From assembly GCF_988243305.1 (NCBI RefSeq), contig NZ_OZ547136.1: a stretch of DNA of 64,000 bases. One strand, written 5' to 3'. Position numbers and translations under genes: made by a program. The notes beneath the pieces are model-generated. The model did no database searches, was not told the DNA's origin, and saw only the letters and a list, made by a program, of their open reading frames with translations. Of the stretch, positions 10,615 to 23,497 are shown piece by piece. The first letter of the stretch is position 1. The number at the start of each line of letters is the position of its first letter.

Positions 10615-12675
10615 TCACTTCTTCATCTGCGACAAAATTGTCCGGCACTGATTAGCCTCCCCTTCGGAAGGTGAGATCAGCGCCAGTAACGCCGCCGCTG
10701 GCGTAACCAGCGTTGCCAGTGCCGCCGCAACAGCACCACGGGCAATCAACGGCCCGGCTTTCACCCCAGCCTGCGGATTTTTAAATGTCCCACGCACATA
10801 CAGCGGCGAACGCAGCGTGATAATCCGAATCCCTTTACTTTCTGGATCGATAGTCAAATCCAGTTGCTCCGAAGCAAAACTTGCCGTGCCGGTAACATTG
10901 ATCAACGCATTCTCAGTATCAAAAGCAAAAATCTGCGGACGCGCCACACCGTTGGCAATATCCAGATTCGCCGCCGCGCAGTTCACCCGCACCTCATCGT
11001 CACCAAATATCGCACCGACAATGTAGTTGCCGACATTCAGCCCAACAATCTCCATCAGGTTGCGGCTCACCAGCCCGTCATTCATCAGCAGTTTCAGGTT
11101 GCCGTTACTGTTGCCTAAAAGCGCCGCCACCGAGTTACCGCTACCGCGTAGTTCCGCGTCACCGTTCATTTCCCCCAGCGTCTTCTGCATCAGTTCCACA
11201 TCGGGCATCAGTTCTTTCAGTTTCAGCCGACGAGCCTGAATATCTGCCCGCCCTTGCATCGGTTTTTTATCACCTTCCAGATGAATATTCGCCGCAATGC
11301 TGCCGCCCGCCATGCCAAATTTCAGCGGTTGCAGGCGCAGGTCAGCATTTTTGAGGATGATATGAGTAGAAAGATCGCTAATCGGCAGGCTACTGCCATG
11401 CTCAATGCGCCGCCCTTTGAAGCGAACATCGGCATCCATGACGTCCCATTTATCGGTTTCGAAGCGGTCATAAGGCAGCACTTTGCCCGCAGGCTGAACG
11501 CTTTTTTCACCCTTCTTCTGTTCAGACCGTTTCGACTTTTCAGCTCCTTTCCCGGAATCAACGCCAATCAACGGTCCCAAGTCCGCCAGCCGCAATTGCC
11601 GCGACTCGACATCACCTTCCAGTTTTGGCCGTGGCTTGCCGGTGGTATAGACCAGAGAACCGTGGATATCGCTATCGCCAATGCGCCCATTAAAGCCGCG
11701 ATAATCAAAGACCGACGATTTTTCAGTGTCGATTTTCGCTACCAGCCGACCATCCGTTTCAAACGGCGGGGTATCGGGCAGCAGAACGCCCGTCAGTTCA
11801 TAGAGATCACCCAGCGAATCGCCAGAAAATTTAAGCCGTAAATCGACACCACCCATCTTCATTGGGTCATTCACAACGCCATCAAAAGCAACACGGGTGT
11901 TACCAGAGCGGAAATCAGCCTGTACCGGAAACGGCGTCCCTTCGCCACGCAGCGCCAGCATACCGCCTATTTTTCCCGTACCAGTGAGCGGTTCACCGTT
12001 ATAACGTCCCTGCGCCTTCAGGCCAAAAACGTAATCGCCCACCTTTTCTTTATCCGCTTTACCTTTCGATCCAGTAACTTCGCTGAACGGCAGCGGCTTG
12101 CCTAACGGATCGACAAAAATTTCCAGATCCGCTTTGCTTACTTTGTCATCAATGGCGATCCGCCCTTGATCGAACAGAATATTATCCAGCCGAAACGACC
12201 ATGCCGACGGCTTTGCATTCGTGTCTTTGTTGTCATCGTTGGCGAGATTAAAGGTCCAGTTATTGTTCTTTTCAGAGAGGCGAATCAGGCGCGCGTCGGG
12301 CTTTTCCAGTTTGATCCACGGTAGCCAGACCGTTTTGGTCAGCAGCGCCAACGGTGCCAGCGTTGCCTCTACGCGTGGCAAATGCACCATTGTGACTTCG
12401 GGAATATCCGGTGGATTGCCAAGAATGATGTCTTCCGCGTGTATATGGGGCCACGGCACCCAGCTGCGCCAGCCAGTTTCTTGTTTTTGTCGCTCCCACA
12501 CCACGCCCAGATCGCCACGGATAGCGAACGGACGATTCAACTCCGCAGAGACTTTCTGGTTGATGGTCGGTTTGAGTCGATTCCAATCAAAAGTTGCAAT
12601 CAAAATGATCGCCACGACAATCAACAACAAGAAAGCCCCTGAAATCGCAGCGGTTATTTTGCCTGCCTTGCTCAT
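10615..12675 (-). CDS. yhjG: AsmA-family protein, about 686 aa
   Basis: ORF track 10615..12690; start placed at the second ATG (MSKAGKITAAISGAFLLL), which has AGGAAG 9 bp upstream; the ATG at 12690 is an alternative. Confidence 0.9.
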   Translation of the reverse strand: MSKAGKITAAISGAFLLLIVVAIILIATFDWNRLKPTINQKVSAELNRPFAIRGDLGVVWERQKQETGWRSWVPWPHIHAEDIILGNPPDIPEVTMVHLPRVEATLAPLALLTKTVWLPWIKLEKPDARLIRLSEKNNNWTFNLANDDNKDTNAKPSAWSFRLDNILFDQGRIAIDDKVSKADLEIFVDPLGKPLPFSEVTGSKGKADKEKVGDYVFGLKAQGRYNGEPLTGTGKIGGMLALRGEGTPFPVQADFRSGNTRVAFDGVVNDPMKMGGVDLRLKFSGDSLGDLYELTGVLLPDTPPFETDGRLVAKIDTEKSSVFDYRGFNGRIGDSDIHGSLVYTTGKPRPKLEGDVESRQLRLADLGPLIGVDSGKGAEKSKRSEQKKGEKSVQPAGKVLPYDRFETDKWDVMDADVRFKGRRIEHGSSLPISDLSTHIILKNADLRLQPLKFGMAGGSIAANIHLEGDKKPMQGRADIQARRLKLKELMPDVELMQKTLGEMNGDAELRGSGNSVAALLGNSNGNLKLLMNDGLVSRNLMEIVGLNVGNYIVGAIFGDDEVRVNCAAANLDIANGVARPQIFAFDTENALINVTGTASFASEQLDLTIDPESKGIRIITLRSPLYVRGTFKNPQAGVKAGPLIARGAVAAALATLVTPAAALLALISPSEGEANQCRTILSQMKK

Positions 12676-12744
12676 CGTTCGCTTCCTCATATTCTTCCTG
12701 TGCCAGTCCTAAAGATAGTCCAGCCAGGCGGAAAATGAGGCAGC

Positions 12745-13512
12745 TTATAGCGCCAGAACCGCCGTATTCAGCGTTTCTATCGGTGCCGGGCGTGAAAGAA
12801 ACCAGCCTTGTGCGGCGAATGCGGGCGAGTTCTGTACATCGCGCCACTCTTCCGGCGTTTCTACGCCCTCGACGATCACCCCGCGACAATAGCGATTCAT
12901 GAGATGTAAAAGCTGAGAAAAGAGTGTACGTCCTTCCGGCGACTGACGCAGCATCACAAACAGTTCTCGCGCGATTTTGATGTAGTCATAACGCACTTCA
13001 CTTAGCGCAGAGAAATTTGCCATCCCGGTGCCAAAATCATCCAGCCACAGCGGGCCAAATTCACACATCGAGGCAAAGGTTGAATCTTTCGGCAGACGGA
13101 TGTGTTCCACCAGTTCGAAACGCAGCCAGGGAAGACGCTCAATCTGGCGCAGGATTTTTGGTTGCTGACGCAGGGCGATGAGCGTAGGGCCGTCAATATT
13201 GACCGATGCCAGCAGGCCGTGCTCTATAAAGAAGTCGGCTTTTTGCGCCAGCAAATCAATCTGCTCTTTCACAACCTCCATCCGATGGCTGACGGTGATT
13301 TCAGTAAAATAGCGATCCGGCGGCAGGCGTTGCGAAGGGTTCAAGGGATGCGTGACCACCGTTAATAGCTCCACGGCCATTAACCGTCCGCATGTTTGAT
13401 AGATCGGCTGCCAGGTGTAAGCACGCTCACACTGCAACCAAAAACGCCGTTCCTGCAAGCTCTCGATGCTTGCTTCAGGGTTGCTTATTCGCTGGATAAC
13501 CTGCCTTATCAT
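12745..13512 (-). CDS. pdeH: c-di-GMP phosphodiesterase (stand-alone EAL domain), 255 aa
   Basis: ORF track 12745..13557; canonical start MIRQVIQRISNPEA at the internal ATG (13512); ELL variant of the EAL motif (RLMAVELLTVV). Confidence 0.94.
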   Translation of the reverse strand: MIRQVIQRISNPEASIESLQERRFWLQCERAYTWQPIYQTCGRLMAVELLTVVTHPLNPSQRLPPDRYFTEITVSHRMEVVKEQIDLLAQKADFFIEHGLLASVNIDGPTLIALRQQPKILRQIERLPWLRFELVEHIRLPKDSTFASMCEFGPLWLDDFGTGMANFSALSEVRYDYIKIARELFVMLRQSPEGRTLFSQLLHLMNRYCRGVIVEGVETPEEWRDVQNSPAFAAQGWFLSRPAPIETLNTAVLAL

Positions 13513-13655
13513 CAAAGATGTCCTGTGTTTAAAAGTGATGCTGCCCGGACTCGACAAAGATTATCGGCGCGCAAGGGCAGAACTTTACCGCCTGGCCGGG
13601 TTAAATTTCCCCACTCCACAACGGAATCTTTCAGGAATACGTTCTGGCTCAAAAA

Positions 13656-13678
13656 AATAATGGAACACTGTTTTAATA
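13656..13678 (+). promoter_or_regulatory. Putative KdgR operator upstream of kdgK
   Basis: AATAATGGAACACTGTTTTAATA resembles the palindromic KdgR box (core GAAACA-N-TGTTTC) as I recall it; about 70 bp upstream of the kdgK start. Confidence 0.5.
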
Positions 13679-13743
13679 TGGTTGACCAGCAAACCACCAC
13701 AGCGCAAACTAACGCTAATTTTTTACAGATCAGGTTCACGACT

Positions 13744-14673
13744 ATGTCCAAAAAGATTGCCGTGATTGGCGAATGCATGATTGAGCTTTCCGAGAAAGGC
13801 GCGGACGTTAAGCGCGGTTTCGGCGGCGATACCCTGAACACTTCCGTCTATATCGCCCGTCAGGTCGATCCTGCGGAATTAACCGTTCATTACGTAACGG
13901 CGCTGGGAACGGACAGTTTTAGCCAGCAGATGCTGGACGCCTGGCACGGCGAGAACGTTGATACTTCCCTGACCCAACGGATGGAAAACCGTCTGCCGGG
14001 CCTTTACTACATTGAAACCGACAGCACCGGCGAACGTACGTTCTACTACTGGCGTAACGAAGCCGCCGCCAAATTCTGGCTGGAGAGCGAGCAGTCTGCG
14101 GCGATTTGCGAAGAGCTGGCGAATTTCGATTATCTCTACCTGAGCGGGATTAGCCTGGCGATCTTAAGCCCGACCAGCCGCGAAAAGCTGCTTTCTCTGC
14201 TGCGCGAATGCCGCGCCAACGGCGGAAAAGTGATTTTCGACAATAACTATCGTCCGCGCCTGTGGGCCAGCAAAGAAGAGACACAGCAGGTGTACCAGCA
14301 AATGCTGGAATGCACGGATATCGCCTTCCTGACGCTGGACGACGAAGACGCGCTGTGGGGTCAACAGCCGGTGGAAGATGTCATTGCGCGCACCCATAAC
14401 GCGGGCGTGAAAGAAGTGGTGGTGAAACGCGGGGCGGATTCTTGCCTGGTGTCCATTGCTGGCGAAGGGTTAGTGGATGTTCCGGCGGTGAAACTGCCGA
14501 AAGAAAAAGTGATCGATACCACCGCAGCTGGCGACTCTTTCAGTGCAGGTTATCTGGCGGTACGTTTGACGGGCGGCAGTGCGGAAGACGCGGCGAAACG
14601 CGGGCACCTGACCGCAAGTACCGTTATTCAGTATCGCGGCGCGATTATCCCGCGTGAGGCGATGCCGGCGTAA
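13744..14673 (+). CDS. kdgK: 2-dehydro-3-deoxygluconokinase (PfkB family), 309 aa
   Basis: ORF track 13396..14673 is over-extended; canonical start MSKKIAVIGECMIE at the internal ATG (13744); PfkB motif DTTAAGD. Confidence 0.95.
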   Translation: MSKKIAVIGECMIELSEKGADVKRGFGGDTLNTSVYIARQVDPAELTVHYVTALGTDSFSQQMLDAWHGENVDTSLTQRMENRLPGLYYIETDSTGERTFYYWRNEAAAKFWLESEQSAAICEELANFDYLYLSGISLAILSPTSREKLLSLLRECRANGGKVIFDNNYRPRLWASKEETQQVYQQMLECTDIAFLTLDDEDALWGQQPVEDVIARTHNAGVKEVVVKRGADSCLVSIAGEGLVDVPAVKLPKEKVIDTTAAGDSFSAGYLAVRLTGGSAEDAAKRGHLTASTVIQYRGAIIPREAMPA

Positions 14674-14691
14674 AAGCAGCATATGCAAAAG

Positions 14692-14766
14692 GCTGGATAA
14701 AGTGTTACCCCTCTATCCAGCTCATCCATAAATACCTGATGGTTGTGCTAACTCATCACCATCAGG
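14692..14766. terminator. Two hairpins between convergent kdgK and yhjJ (gctggata/tatccagc and cctgatggt/accatcagg)
   Basis: Inverted repeats in the 95-bp gap between the stop codons. Confidence 0.45.
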
Positions 14767-14768
14767 CA

Positions 14769-16265
14769 TTACTGTGCAGGTGGAATATCCGTCACTTCAG
14801 GATGTACGTCATCCGTGGCGACAGAGGTGGTCGCAGCGGCGGTAGATGGGGCCATGATTTGATCCCAGGCCGCCTGCAACGCTTTCATGTTAAATTCCGG
14901 CTCGCCTTTCGGCTGCAGGAGTATTAACGCCATATCATTCGACAACTGCTGACGCAGATCCTGATTTAACATCTCCACCGTCAGGCTGTTAAGGAAGTCC
15001 TGGCGCAGTTTCTGATATTGCTCCGGCGCGATATCGACAACCTGATTTTGCAATGAACGCATCCGCTGCCCCATCAGAATATCGGTATCAGCTCGCGCAT
15101 AGGCGGCAAACAGTTTCTGCAGCTCCAGTTTCTTTTGCGCCACTAACGCATTGAACTCTTCTTCCGGCAGACCTTTATCGCGAACCTTCGCCAGCTCACG
15201 CGCCACCAGATTAAGGTTGCTGCTCAGCTTGTCGTTTGGTGATTCGATGTTAATGGCACACTGCGCACGCAGATACAGCACACGACAGTCAAATCCAAGA
15301 CCGATATCTTTGCTGTTACTGGCGCTTAACGCTTGCTGAACATGCCAGAACAGCGCCTCACGGGCCAGGTCCGCACGCCAGTAGCGCAGCAGTGCGGCTG
15401 ATTCACGAATCGGCTGCCACGGCGTATCCCACATGATTGATAACCGGTCCTGACGCACCGCGTCAGTCATAATACTCACCGCTTCCGCACGCAGCGGAGA
15501 AAGCGTCGGCACCGGAGCCGGTGTTTCACGTTTGCCTTTCAGTTCGCCAAACGTTTTATTGATTTGGTCGACGACCGAGCGCGCATCCACGTTTCCCACC
15601 ACCAGCAGCGTCATTGCATCCGGGGTGTACCATTTCTGATAGAAATCTTTAATCTTTTCCGCTTCAACGGGTTGTTTCAGCGGATCGGCAGGATCGTGAC
15701 CTAACAAGGTTGATCCTTTCAGACGATAGCGCCACCAGCCCTCTTTAGTATCGGCAGGCCAGGTTGCTACCATGTCCTGACTTTGCAGCGCGTGGTTGAT
15801 GGTTTCTGGCGTGATAGTCAGTTTGCCAGTGGCATTTGCCAGATAAGAGAGCGCTTCTTTCAGCAAGTCGTTACGGTTATTGGGCAAACTCAGATTAAAC
15901 AGCGTGGTGTCATAAGAGACAATTACCGGCGGCATCGGGCGTTTAGGGTCGATCCCCTGCTGCCACAATGAACGCGCCTGTGCTGCTTCAAGGCCACCGC
16001 TTTGCGTTAACGCAATACGAGGGATGGCGTGGCTGTAACCGCTCTGTTGTGTACTTTCGGCGAGCGAACCGGTATTAACCAGCAGGCGAATTTCAACACG
16101 ATCGCTGGGACGCTGGGGCGTGGTCAGCACTTGCCACTGTAAACCGTTGGAAAGCGTCCCCTGTTGCCACGCTGGATCAGGCTGGAGCGCATCTGCCTGC
16201 ACATAGCCAGCAGTGGCCATCATCAGCAAACCGCCCGCTAAAAGTCGAATTTTTGTGCCCTGCAT
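14769..16265 (-). CDS. yhjJ: Putative periplasmic zinc peptidase, M16 family, 498 aa
   Basis: ORF track; N-terminal signal peptide; recognised as YhjJ. Confidence 0.93.
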   Translation of the reverse strand: MQGTKIRLLAGGLLMMATAGYVQADALQPDPAWQQGTLSNGLQWQVLTTPQRPSDRVEIRLLVNTGSLAESTQQSGYSHAIPRIALTQSGGLEAAQARSLWQQGIDPKRPMPPVIVSYDTTLFNLSLPNNRNDLLKEALSYLANATGKLTITPETINHALQSQDMVATWPADTKEGWWRYRLKGSTLLGHDPADPLKQPVEAEKIKDFYQKWYTPDAMTLLVVGNVDARSVVDQINKTFGELKGKRETPAPVPTLSPLRAEAVSIMTDAVRQDRLSIMWDTPWQPIRESAALLRYWRADLAREALFWHVQQALSASNSKDIGLGFDCRVLYLRAQCAINIESPNDKLSSNLNLVARELAKVRDKGLPEEEFNALVAQKKLELQKLFAAYARADTDILMGQRMRSLQNQVVDIAPEQYQKLRQDFLNSLTVEMLNQDLRQQLSNDMALILLQPKGEPEFNMKALQAAWDQIMAPSTAAATTSVATDDVHPEVTDIPPAQ

Positions 16266-16444
16266 GTGAACCCCTGATCAACTATCCTGGTAATAAAAAA
16301 CTGCCCGTTGTCGGTCAGTCTAAATGACGTTAAAAACACTTCGTGTTAGACCGCAAGAACATGAAAATGTCACGGAAGAAGTGAAATAAACCTGAACTCA
16401 CCCAGGTGGTAAGTTCAGGCACAGGGGTCAATTATGCGCAAACA

Positions 16445-16470
16445 CCCGCACTCGGGGAAGGGAGTGCGGG
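16445..16470 (-). terminator. Hairpin 3' of dctA (cccgcactc / gagtgcggg)
   Basis: 9-bp inverted repeat 15 bp beyond the dctA stop. Confidence 0.5.
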
Positions 16471-16484
16471 CATAAGTGGTGAGA

Positions 16485-17807
<1,323 letters not shown>

Positions 17808-17953
17808 TTATGGGGTACCTGCGGCCTTAAAATAACACCCAGACAACATCACAGAAATGTACCTGGATCATAATTGAAACAAAAAGGTTAAAAAGTTTGA
17901 GCTGGCTCGCACAAACCAGCACTTTTTAAAGTTTTGTAATCAGTTTGGGGTAG

Positions 17954-19942
17954 CTACTTTTCTTCCAGGTAACTCTCTTCGAAGATTTCAATAGGGAGTG
18001 GGCGAGCAAAAAGGAAGCCCTGGGCAATACCAACGCCCGCTTTTGCCAGCCAGTCGCGTTGTGCTTCAGTCTCCACGCCTTCGGCAATCATTTGTAAGTT
18101 CAGGCTTTGCGCCAACATGATAATTGCAGCAATCATGCTGCTATCTTCCGGCAAGCCTTCAACAAACATTTTGTCGATTTTTAACACGTCGATTGGCAAC
18201 GATTTCATATGCTGCAGCTGACGCAGCCCTGCGTAGCCCATGCCGAAATCATCCAGCGCCACCCGAACTCCGGCATTGCGCAGCGGACGGAGGATTGCCA
18301 CCGCAGCATGAGGGTCGTCAATACGTCGGCTTTCTGTCACTTCCAGAATCAGTGTTCCCGGCTGAATGCGATAGCGGGTTAACAGTTCCAGCATATCCGC
18401 CACCATATTCGGGTGCATCAGTTGCAGCGCTGAGAGGTTTACCGACAAGGGCAGCATAATGCCGCGCTCTTGCCAGGCAGCCAGCAGTCGACAGGACTCT
18501 TCCAGCACCCAGTGACCAACGGTAACCATCAGCCCACAGCACTCAATGCGATCGATTAAGCCATCCGGCAGATCCCAACTGCCATCCGGTTGCTGGATAC
18601 GCAGTAACACTTCCGCACTGACCAGTTTACCGCTTGTCATCTCGACCTGTGGCTGTAACCAAATCGCAAACTGATGATTTTCCAGTGCATTAAGGATATC
18701 GCTCTCTTCCGTCAACCGCTGTTGGGCGGCTTCCATCTGCTGCGGATCAAAGAACTGAATCTGATTCTTGCCTTTATGGCGAGCGGTAAATGCCGCAGAA
18801 ATAGCGCGGCTATAAAGCTGTTCGGCGGTGAGATCGCCGTAGAACATCGCCACGCCAATGCTACAGTGCGGACGGAGTTGAATACGTTCAATCGGCAGGC
18901 GCTCGCTCATGATAGTGAGCACTTGCTGACCTAAAGTGATTGCGTGCCACGGTTCCTGTACACCATTGGCAATGACAGCAAAGTCATAACCACTAATCTG
19001 TGCGAGGATCATACGTGGCGACAGTACCGATTTGAGTTTTTCCACCAGCGTCAGCAGCAGAATTTCTCGTTGCGCCTCTTTCAGCACGCCCGCAGTATCA
19101 CGCAGGGTTTCACAGGTGATGATCATCAGCGCGGTGGTTTGTTTACGCGCGACAACCTGCTCCAGCATCTCCATCAGCAAGGCTTTATTCGGCAAATCCG
19201 ACACCGGGAAGCGCATCGCGTTTTCGTTCTGTTCTTCATAATGGCGCTGCAGCAATTGCTGGTTGAGGTTGTAACTGCGCACCAGCATACCGATTTCATC
19301 GTCCTGATGCAGACGTGGTAATGCCAGTTGGTGACCAACAAGCTCCTGGGCTGGAATGGCGTTAAGTTCACGAGCAATATTGCGTAACGGATGCAAAATC
19401 AGGCGGTTAATGCACCAGCTAATCGCCACCGTCAATATTAACGACAAAAGTAAGTAAATGGTCACTAACGTTGAGAGGGTGCTCATCACGAACTTATACA
19501 TGCGGAAGGAATCCGCCTGTAGCACCAGATAGGCAATTGGCTGCGGGTTTGCCGGACGTTCCAGCGAGTAGACACCCAGCGAGATTTGCACCGGTAGCTC
19601 AAACAGGCGAGTAACCATTACCGGCACCGGACGCTCTGGAATAAAACTTTTACGCAGCGCCTGGAACTGGTTGGGCAGCACCACATCGGCACGGCTGACC
19701 ACGCCTGCCGGTTTAATGCTGGCAAGAATAGCTTCCGCTTCGGGAATATCGCCTTTCAAAATAGCTGAAGATAAGGGTTCGCGGACAGAGCGAGCAATGC
19801 TTTCCAGTTGCGTAGCCGTGTTATAGCGATTCTGCTGGACCAGATGGAACAGCAAAACGGTGCAAAAAATAAAAACGAACACCAGGACAACGGCTGCCAC
19901 CATTGCCATCTGCTTGATTGTTAACGAGCGACTTACGCGCAA
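17954..19942 (-). CDS. pdeK: Membrane-bound c-di-GMP phosphodiesterase (HAMP, degenerate GGDEF-like and EAL domains), 662 aa
   Basis: ORF track; N-terminal TM segments; no intact GG(D/E)EF motif visible; EVL variant of EAL (SAEVLLR) and downstream EAL-domain residues. Confidence 0.92.
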   Translation of the reverse strand: MRVSRSLTIKQMAMVAAVVLVFVFIFCTVLLFHLVQQNRYNTATQLESIARSVREPLSSAILKGDIPEAEAILASIKPAGVVSRADVVLPNQFQALRKSFIPERPVPVMVTRLFELPVQISLGVYSLERPANPQPIAYLVLQADSFRMYKFVMSTLSTLVTIYLLLSLILTVAISWCINRLILHPLRNIARELNAIPAQELVGHQLALPRLHQDDEIGMLVRSYNLNQQLLQRHYEEQNENAMRFPVSDLPNKALLMEMLEQVVARKQTTALMIITCETLRDTAGVLKEAQREILLLTLVEKLKSVLSPRMILAQISGYDFAVIANGVQEPWHAITLGQQVLTIMSERLPIERIQLRPHCSIGVAMFYGDLTAEQLYSRAISAAFTARHKGKNQIQFFDPQQMEAAQQRLTEESDILNALENHQFAIWLQPQVEMTSGKLVSAEVLLRIQQPDGSWDLPDGLIDRIECCGLMVTVGHWVLEESCRLLAAWQERGIMLPLSVNLSALQLMHPNMVADMLELLTRYRIQPGTLILEVTESRRIDDPHAAVAILRPLRNAGVRVALDDFGMGYAGLRQLQHMKSLPIDVLKIDKMFVEGLPEDSSMIAAIIMLAQSLNLQMIAEGVETEAQRDWLAKAGVGIAQGFLFARPLPIEIFEESYLEEK

Positions 19943-20023
19943 ATTGTCTCCCCCCGGAAATCCCAGATTGCCGCCCGAGTATACCCGATCGCAGCGGCAT
20001 TAAGAGAGGCGCTATCTGAAAAC

Positions 20024-23000
20024 TTACCAGTCGGCGTAAGGTATCAGCGGCTGCGGCGGTAAATCCATGTCACCCTGCCATCCGGCGGCGGAATAACGTA
20101 CGTAGAGCAGGAAATGGCTGGGTGCGTAATCTTTTGCCTGCTGGATATCAATTGCCGTGCCGACAAACCAGTTGGAAGTAACACGTCGTTCAAGTAATGC
20201 CCGCGCCGTGTAGCCAAAGCCCTGACTGCTGCCGCCATCGTTCGATTGCCGCGCAGCTTCTTCCTGCCAGTCGGTCGGGATCAGACTCATCAGCGGATAA
20301 CGCGGCATGGTTTTGGTGCGTGAATGCGACCACGAGCCAGACGCCCCCAGCTCCCACGACCAGTTTTCCGTGCGCTCCCGCCACATCACCGGTATGGCAA
20401 ACGACAGGTATTCCTGCGGGCTGTAGTAACCGCCCTGACCGAGTGAGTAGCCACTCAGGTCTTTGTCGTAATGCCAGATCATGTTGTTCAGGCCGATTGT
20501 GACGCGGCGATTATTCTGGTTAATGACCTTATAGTAATAGCCCGTCATCCAGCGCACACGCCAGTTATCTTCGACATTTTTACCGGTTAACTGGTCACCG
20601 CTAAGCGATGCCCAGACGCCGTTTGCTTCACCTTTATCGTAGCTCAGGCTTAGCCCCACGCCGTCGGCACGCACGCCACCCCATTTTTTCCCGGTATTGC
20701 TCGGGGAGTCTTTTTGCCCGCCAAAGGCCAGCAAAGAACTGGAAATGGGCCGACGATGGGCGTTAACGGTGTAACCCAGCGGCCCGATATCATCGCTGTA
20801 ACTGATGCCGCCGACCACATCCACCACGTTGAAGCCCATCGGCGTGGTGCCGATATCCCAGCTCCAGACGTCATTTCGCCAACCGACCGCCACGCTGGCA
20901 CCGGAATCCGACTGGCTGCGGTTGCCGCTACAGTCCTGTAATGTACAGGTGCCCCAGTTGTCATCCCATTTGCCATCGGCATTAGTGGAGAAACTGCCGA
21001 CGTTCATATTGACGAAATCACTACGAAAGAACATCCGCCCGTCAGAATACGGCGCATCCACCTGCAACATAGTGGTGTGCGCTTTCAGATCGGAATAACC
21101 ACCGGTGCCGCTCGAACCCCAGTAATCATGCTCAAGGGTGACGTTAAGATCCTGCTGGCGATAGAGGTCCGCCGCATCGCTGCGCACGCCGCGTTTCAGC
21201 CAGTCATCTTTCTCGTCGTTACGGGTCAGTCGGGTAAAGGTGTCGTTATCCTGTGGACGCATCGTGGTCACACCGGATGCAACCATGGCGTCTTTGTAGG
21301 TTTCCAGCGCCTGCGTTGGATCGCCCGCCTGCGCTTCAAACTTCGCACCGTCGCGCAGTACCATCGCGCTTTCCATCGACGGCGGCTGAGATTTTGCCTG
21401 CGGGATCAACTGATTAAACGTCTGCTGCGCCGCTGCGGTATCGCCAAGCTGCGCCTGCGCCAGCGCCACGCGCCGCTGTGTGTTCAGCGAGGCGTTATCG
21501 GTAGCGGGCAGTTTCGCCAGCTGGCTACGTGCCGCCGCTTTGTCACCGGCAGCAATATCCACTTCCGTCAGACCAAGAATGGCATCGGCGTTAGTTGGCT
21601 CCCGCGTCAGGACATTCTTATATGCAGCGCGAGCGGCGGTGTAATCACGTCGTTGTTGCGCCCAGTCAGCCAGCGTGAGGTCTATGCGCGTGGAAGGTGG
21701 TTGCTGGCGCAGCATCGCTTCCGCTTCAGCTTCTTTGCCGCTTTCTCGCAGGCGATTAGCGGTTTCCAGTACCTGATCGCTTTGCAGTCGATTAACCAGC
21801 TCCTGAATATTGCTGCTCCACTGCGCGCGCGGCAGGCTGTTGATATGCGCCAGCGCCGCTCTGTCCTGGTCATGACCAGAGAGATACAGCCCGTAAGCGT
21901 AAACCTGCTCCGGGTCGTTCGGCTTCTGCTGCGCCAGATTACGCATTAACGTATCGGCCTGGCTGCGTTGTCCGGCCTGCCAGAGATCCTGCGAAAGTCG
22001 GTAAGTAATCCATACGCTGCCGGGATCCAGCGCCAGTCGTTGCCGCTGAAGTGCTGCCGCCTGCGCCCATTTGCCCTGCTTTTCCAGTGCCTCTGCCTGC
22101 TGTGCCAGACGGTCGTTTTGCAGGCTGCGTTCGATATCATCAATGCTACGCCGCTGACTGGCAGAGAGCGAGGCGATAAACGCTTCAGCTTTTTCTGGCG
22201 ATTGCTGGCGGTATATATTCGCCAGCCCGCGCACGGCGTTAGTGTTGCCGCTGTCCATACGCAAGGTCTGCTGATAATAACGTTCGGCGGCGGGATAATC
22301 TTTTCGCGCCATCGCCACATCGCCCAGCCCCAGCACTGCATAGCTGTCGGTGTTATCGACATTACGCGCCTGCTGGAACAGCCGTTCTGCCCGGTCAGGA
22401 TTATTGGCTTTCAGCGCAGCATCGCCCTGCTGGATCGCCAGCCAGTAGCGGTTTACTTTCAGGAGACTGTTCCATTTGTCGTTGTTGCTGCTGTGCGGAT
22501 CCAGGGCGAGGGCTTTTTCCAGATTCGCCACCGCATTGGCGCGATCGCCTTTCTGAGAATACGCCTGGCCCAGCGCCCCCAGAGCCTCACTGTCTTTCGG
22601 GTTCGCCCGCACTGCCTGTTGTAGTTCGGGAATGGCTTTACCCGCCATACCAGAGTCCACCGCCGCTAAACCTTGCGCACGAGCGCGGAAAGCAGGGTCG
22701 GCCAGCTGTTTTTGCTGTTCTGCCAGTTGCGATTGCGCCGCAGCTACGCTATCGCCATCACTAAAGATCGAGAGATATTTTTTCAGCGCCGACACACTGG
22801 CATCGCTGACGGGCATATCTTTAATCTGCCCGTACCAGATTTTAGAGGCTCCTTCGCGCCCGGCGTTCGATTTCGCCATCTGTTCCAGGACGGCAAAACC
22901 TTCGTCACGGCGATCGCTACTAAACAGCAATAGCGCCAGATTGTTTTGCAGGCCCGTATTGCCCGGCGTATCCGCATTAATGCGTTTTAGCTGATTAATC

Positions 23001-23497
23001 GCTTCGCCACGGCGAGCCGGAATTTTCGCCACCGTACTCCAGTACTCGACGGCAATGTCACCTTCCGGCGGCGCACCGTTGAACAGTTTGTTGTAACTCG
23101 CCACAGCTTCTTCTGCATGACCAGTCGTCGCCTGCAATCTTGCCTGTTGCAGTGCCTGACGACCATCCGGCGTGGAAAGCAACATTGTGGTCCGCGACGA
23201 TTTATACGCATTTGAACTCGGCGCTAACTGCGACAGCCGATCGAGCTGTTTTTGCGCGCCATCAATATCGCCCTGACGTAACAGAGAACGGAAACGGGCG
23301 GCAACGACGTCCGGGTTATTCGGATCAATAAGTTCCAGCCGATACAACGACTGTTGCACCAGGTCTTCACGATGGGTCGCTTCGCCTAACCGAACTTGCT
23401 CCAGCAACTGTTGCTGAGCGGTTGGTGCTGCCTCGACCATCGGCATGACGGCCAGCCCGAGGGAAAGCGTGAATATGTTTAGTGTGAATTTGCGCAT
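20024..23497 (-). CDS. bcsC: Cellulose synthase outer-membrane/TPR subunit BcsC, 1157 aa
   Basis: ORF track; signal peptide, long TPR-like Ala/Gln-rich repeats, C-terminal beta-barrel-like region; recognised as BcsC. Confidence 0.96.
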   Translation of the reverse strand: MRKFTLNIFTLSLGLAVMPMVEAAPTAQQQLLEQVRLGEATHREDLVQQSLYRLELIDPNNPDVVAARFRSLLRQGDIDGAQKQLDRLSQLAPSSNAYKSSRTTMLLSTPDGRQALQQARLQATTGHAEEAVASYNKLFNGAPPEGDIAVEYWSTVAKIPARRGEAINQLKRINADTPGNTGLQNNLALLLFSSDRRDEGFAVLEQMAKSNAGREGASKIWYGQIKDMPVSDASVSALKKYLSIFSDGDSVAAAQSQLAEQQKQLADPAFRARAQGLAAVDSGMAGKAIPELQQAVRANPKDSEALGALGQAYSQKGDRANAVANLEKALALDPHSSNNDKWNSLLKVNRYWLAIQQGDAALKANNPDRAERLFQQARNVDNTDSYAVLGLGDVAMARKDYPAAERYYQQTLRMDSGNTNAVRGLANIYRQQSPEKAEAFIASLSASQRRSIDDIERSLQNDRLAQQAEALEKQGKWAQAAALQRQRLALDPGSVWITYRLSQDLWQAGQRSQADTLMRNLAQQKPNDPEQVYAYGLYLSGHDQDRAALAHINSLPRAQWSSNIQELVNRLQSDQVLETANRLRESGKEAEAEAMLRQQPPSTRIDLTLADWAQQRRDYTAARAAYKNVLTREPTNADAILGLTEVDIAAGDKAAARSQLAKLPATDNASLNTQRRVALAQAQLGDTAAAQQTFNQLIPQAKSQPPSMESAMVLRDGAKFEAQAGDPTQALETYKDAMVASGVTTMRPQDNDTFTRLTRNDEKDDWLKRGVRSDAADLYRQQDLNVTLEHDYWGSSGTGGYSDLKAHTTMLQVDAPYSDGRMFFRSDFVNMNVGSFSTNADGKWDDNWGTCTLQDCSGNRSQSDSGASVAVGWRNDVWSWDIGTTPMGFNVVDVVGGISYSDDIGPLGYTVNAHRRPISSSLLAFGGQKDSPSNTGKKWGGVRADGVGLSLSYDKGEANGVWASLSGDQLTGKNVEDNWRVRWMTGYYYKVINQNNRRVTIGLNNMIWHYDKDLSGYSLGQGGYYSPQEYLSFAIPVMWRERTENWSWELGASGSWSHSRTKTMPRYPLMSLIPTDWQEEAARQSNDGGSSQGFGYTARALLERRVTSNWFVGTAIDIQQAKDYAPSHFLLYVRYSAAGWQGDMDLPPQPLIPYADW

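Noticed and set aside
13396-14673. Long 5' extensions in the ORF track (kdgK 425 aa, tag 266 aa, dppB 381 aa, bcsB 808 aa, yiaF 276 aa, pdeH 270 aa)
   Set aside because: Extensions run through upstream promoter regions or neighbouring gene ends; the internal ATG reproduces the known protein N-terminus in every case
21077-21949. 290-aa plus-strand ORF inside bcsC, and several shorter ones at 20197..23331
   Set aside because: Antisense to bcsC; Arg/Gln-rich low-complexity translation typical of the reverse frame of an Ala-rich TPR gene
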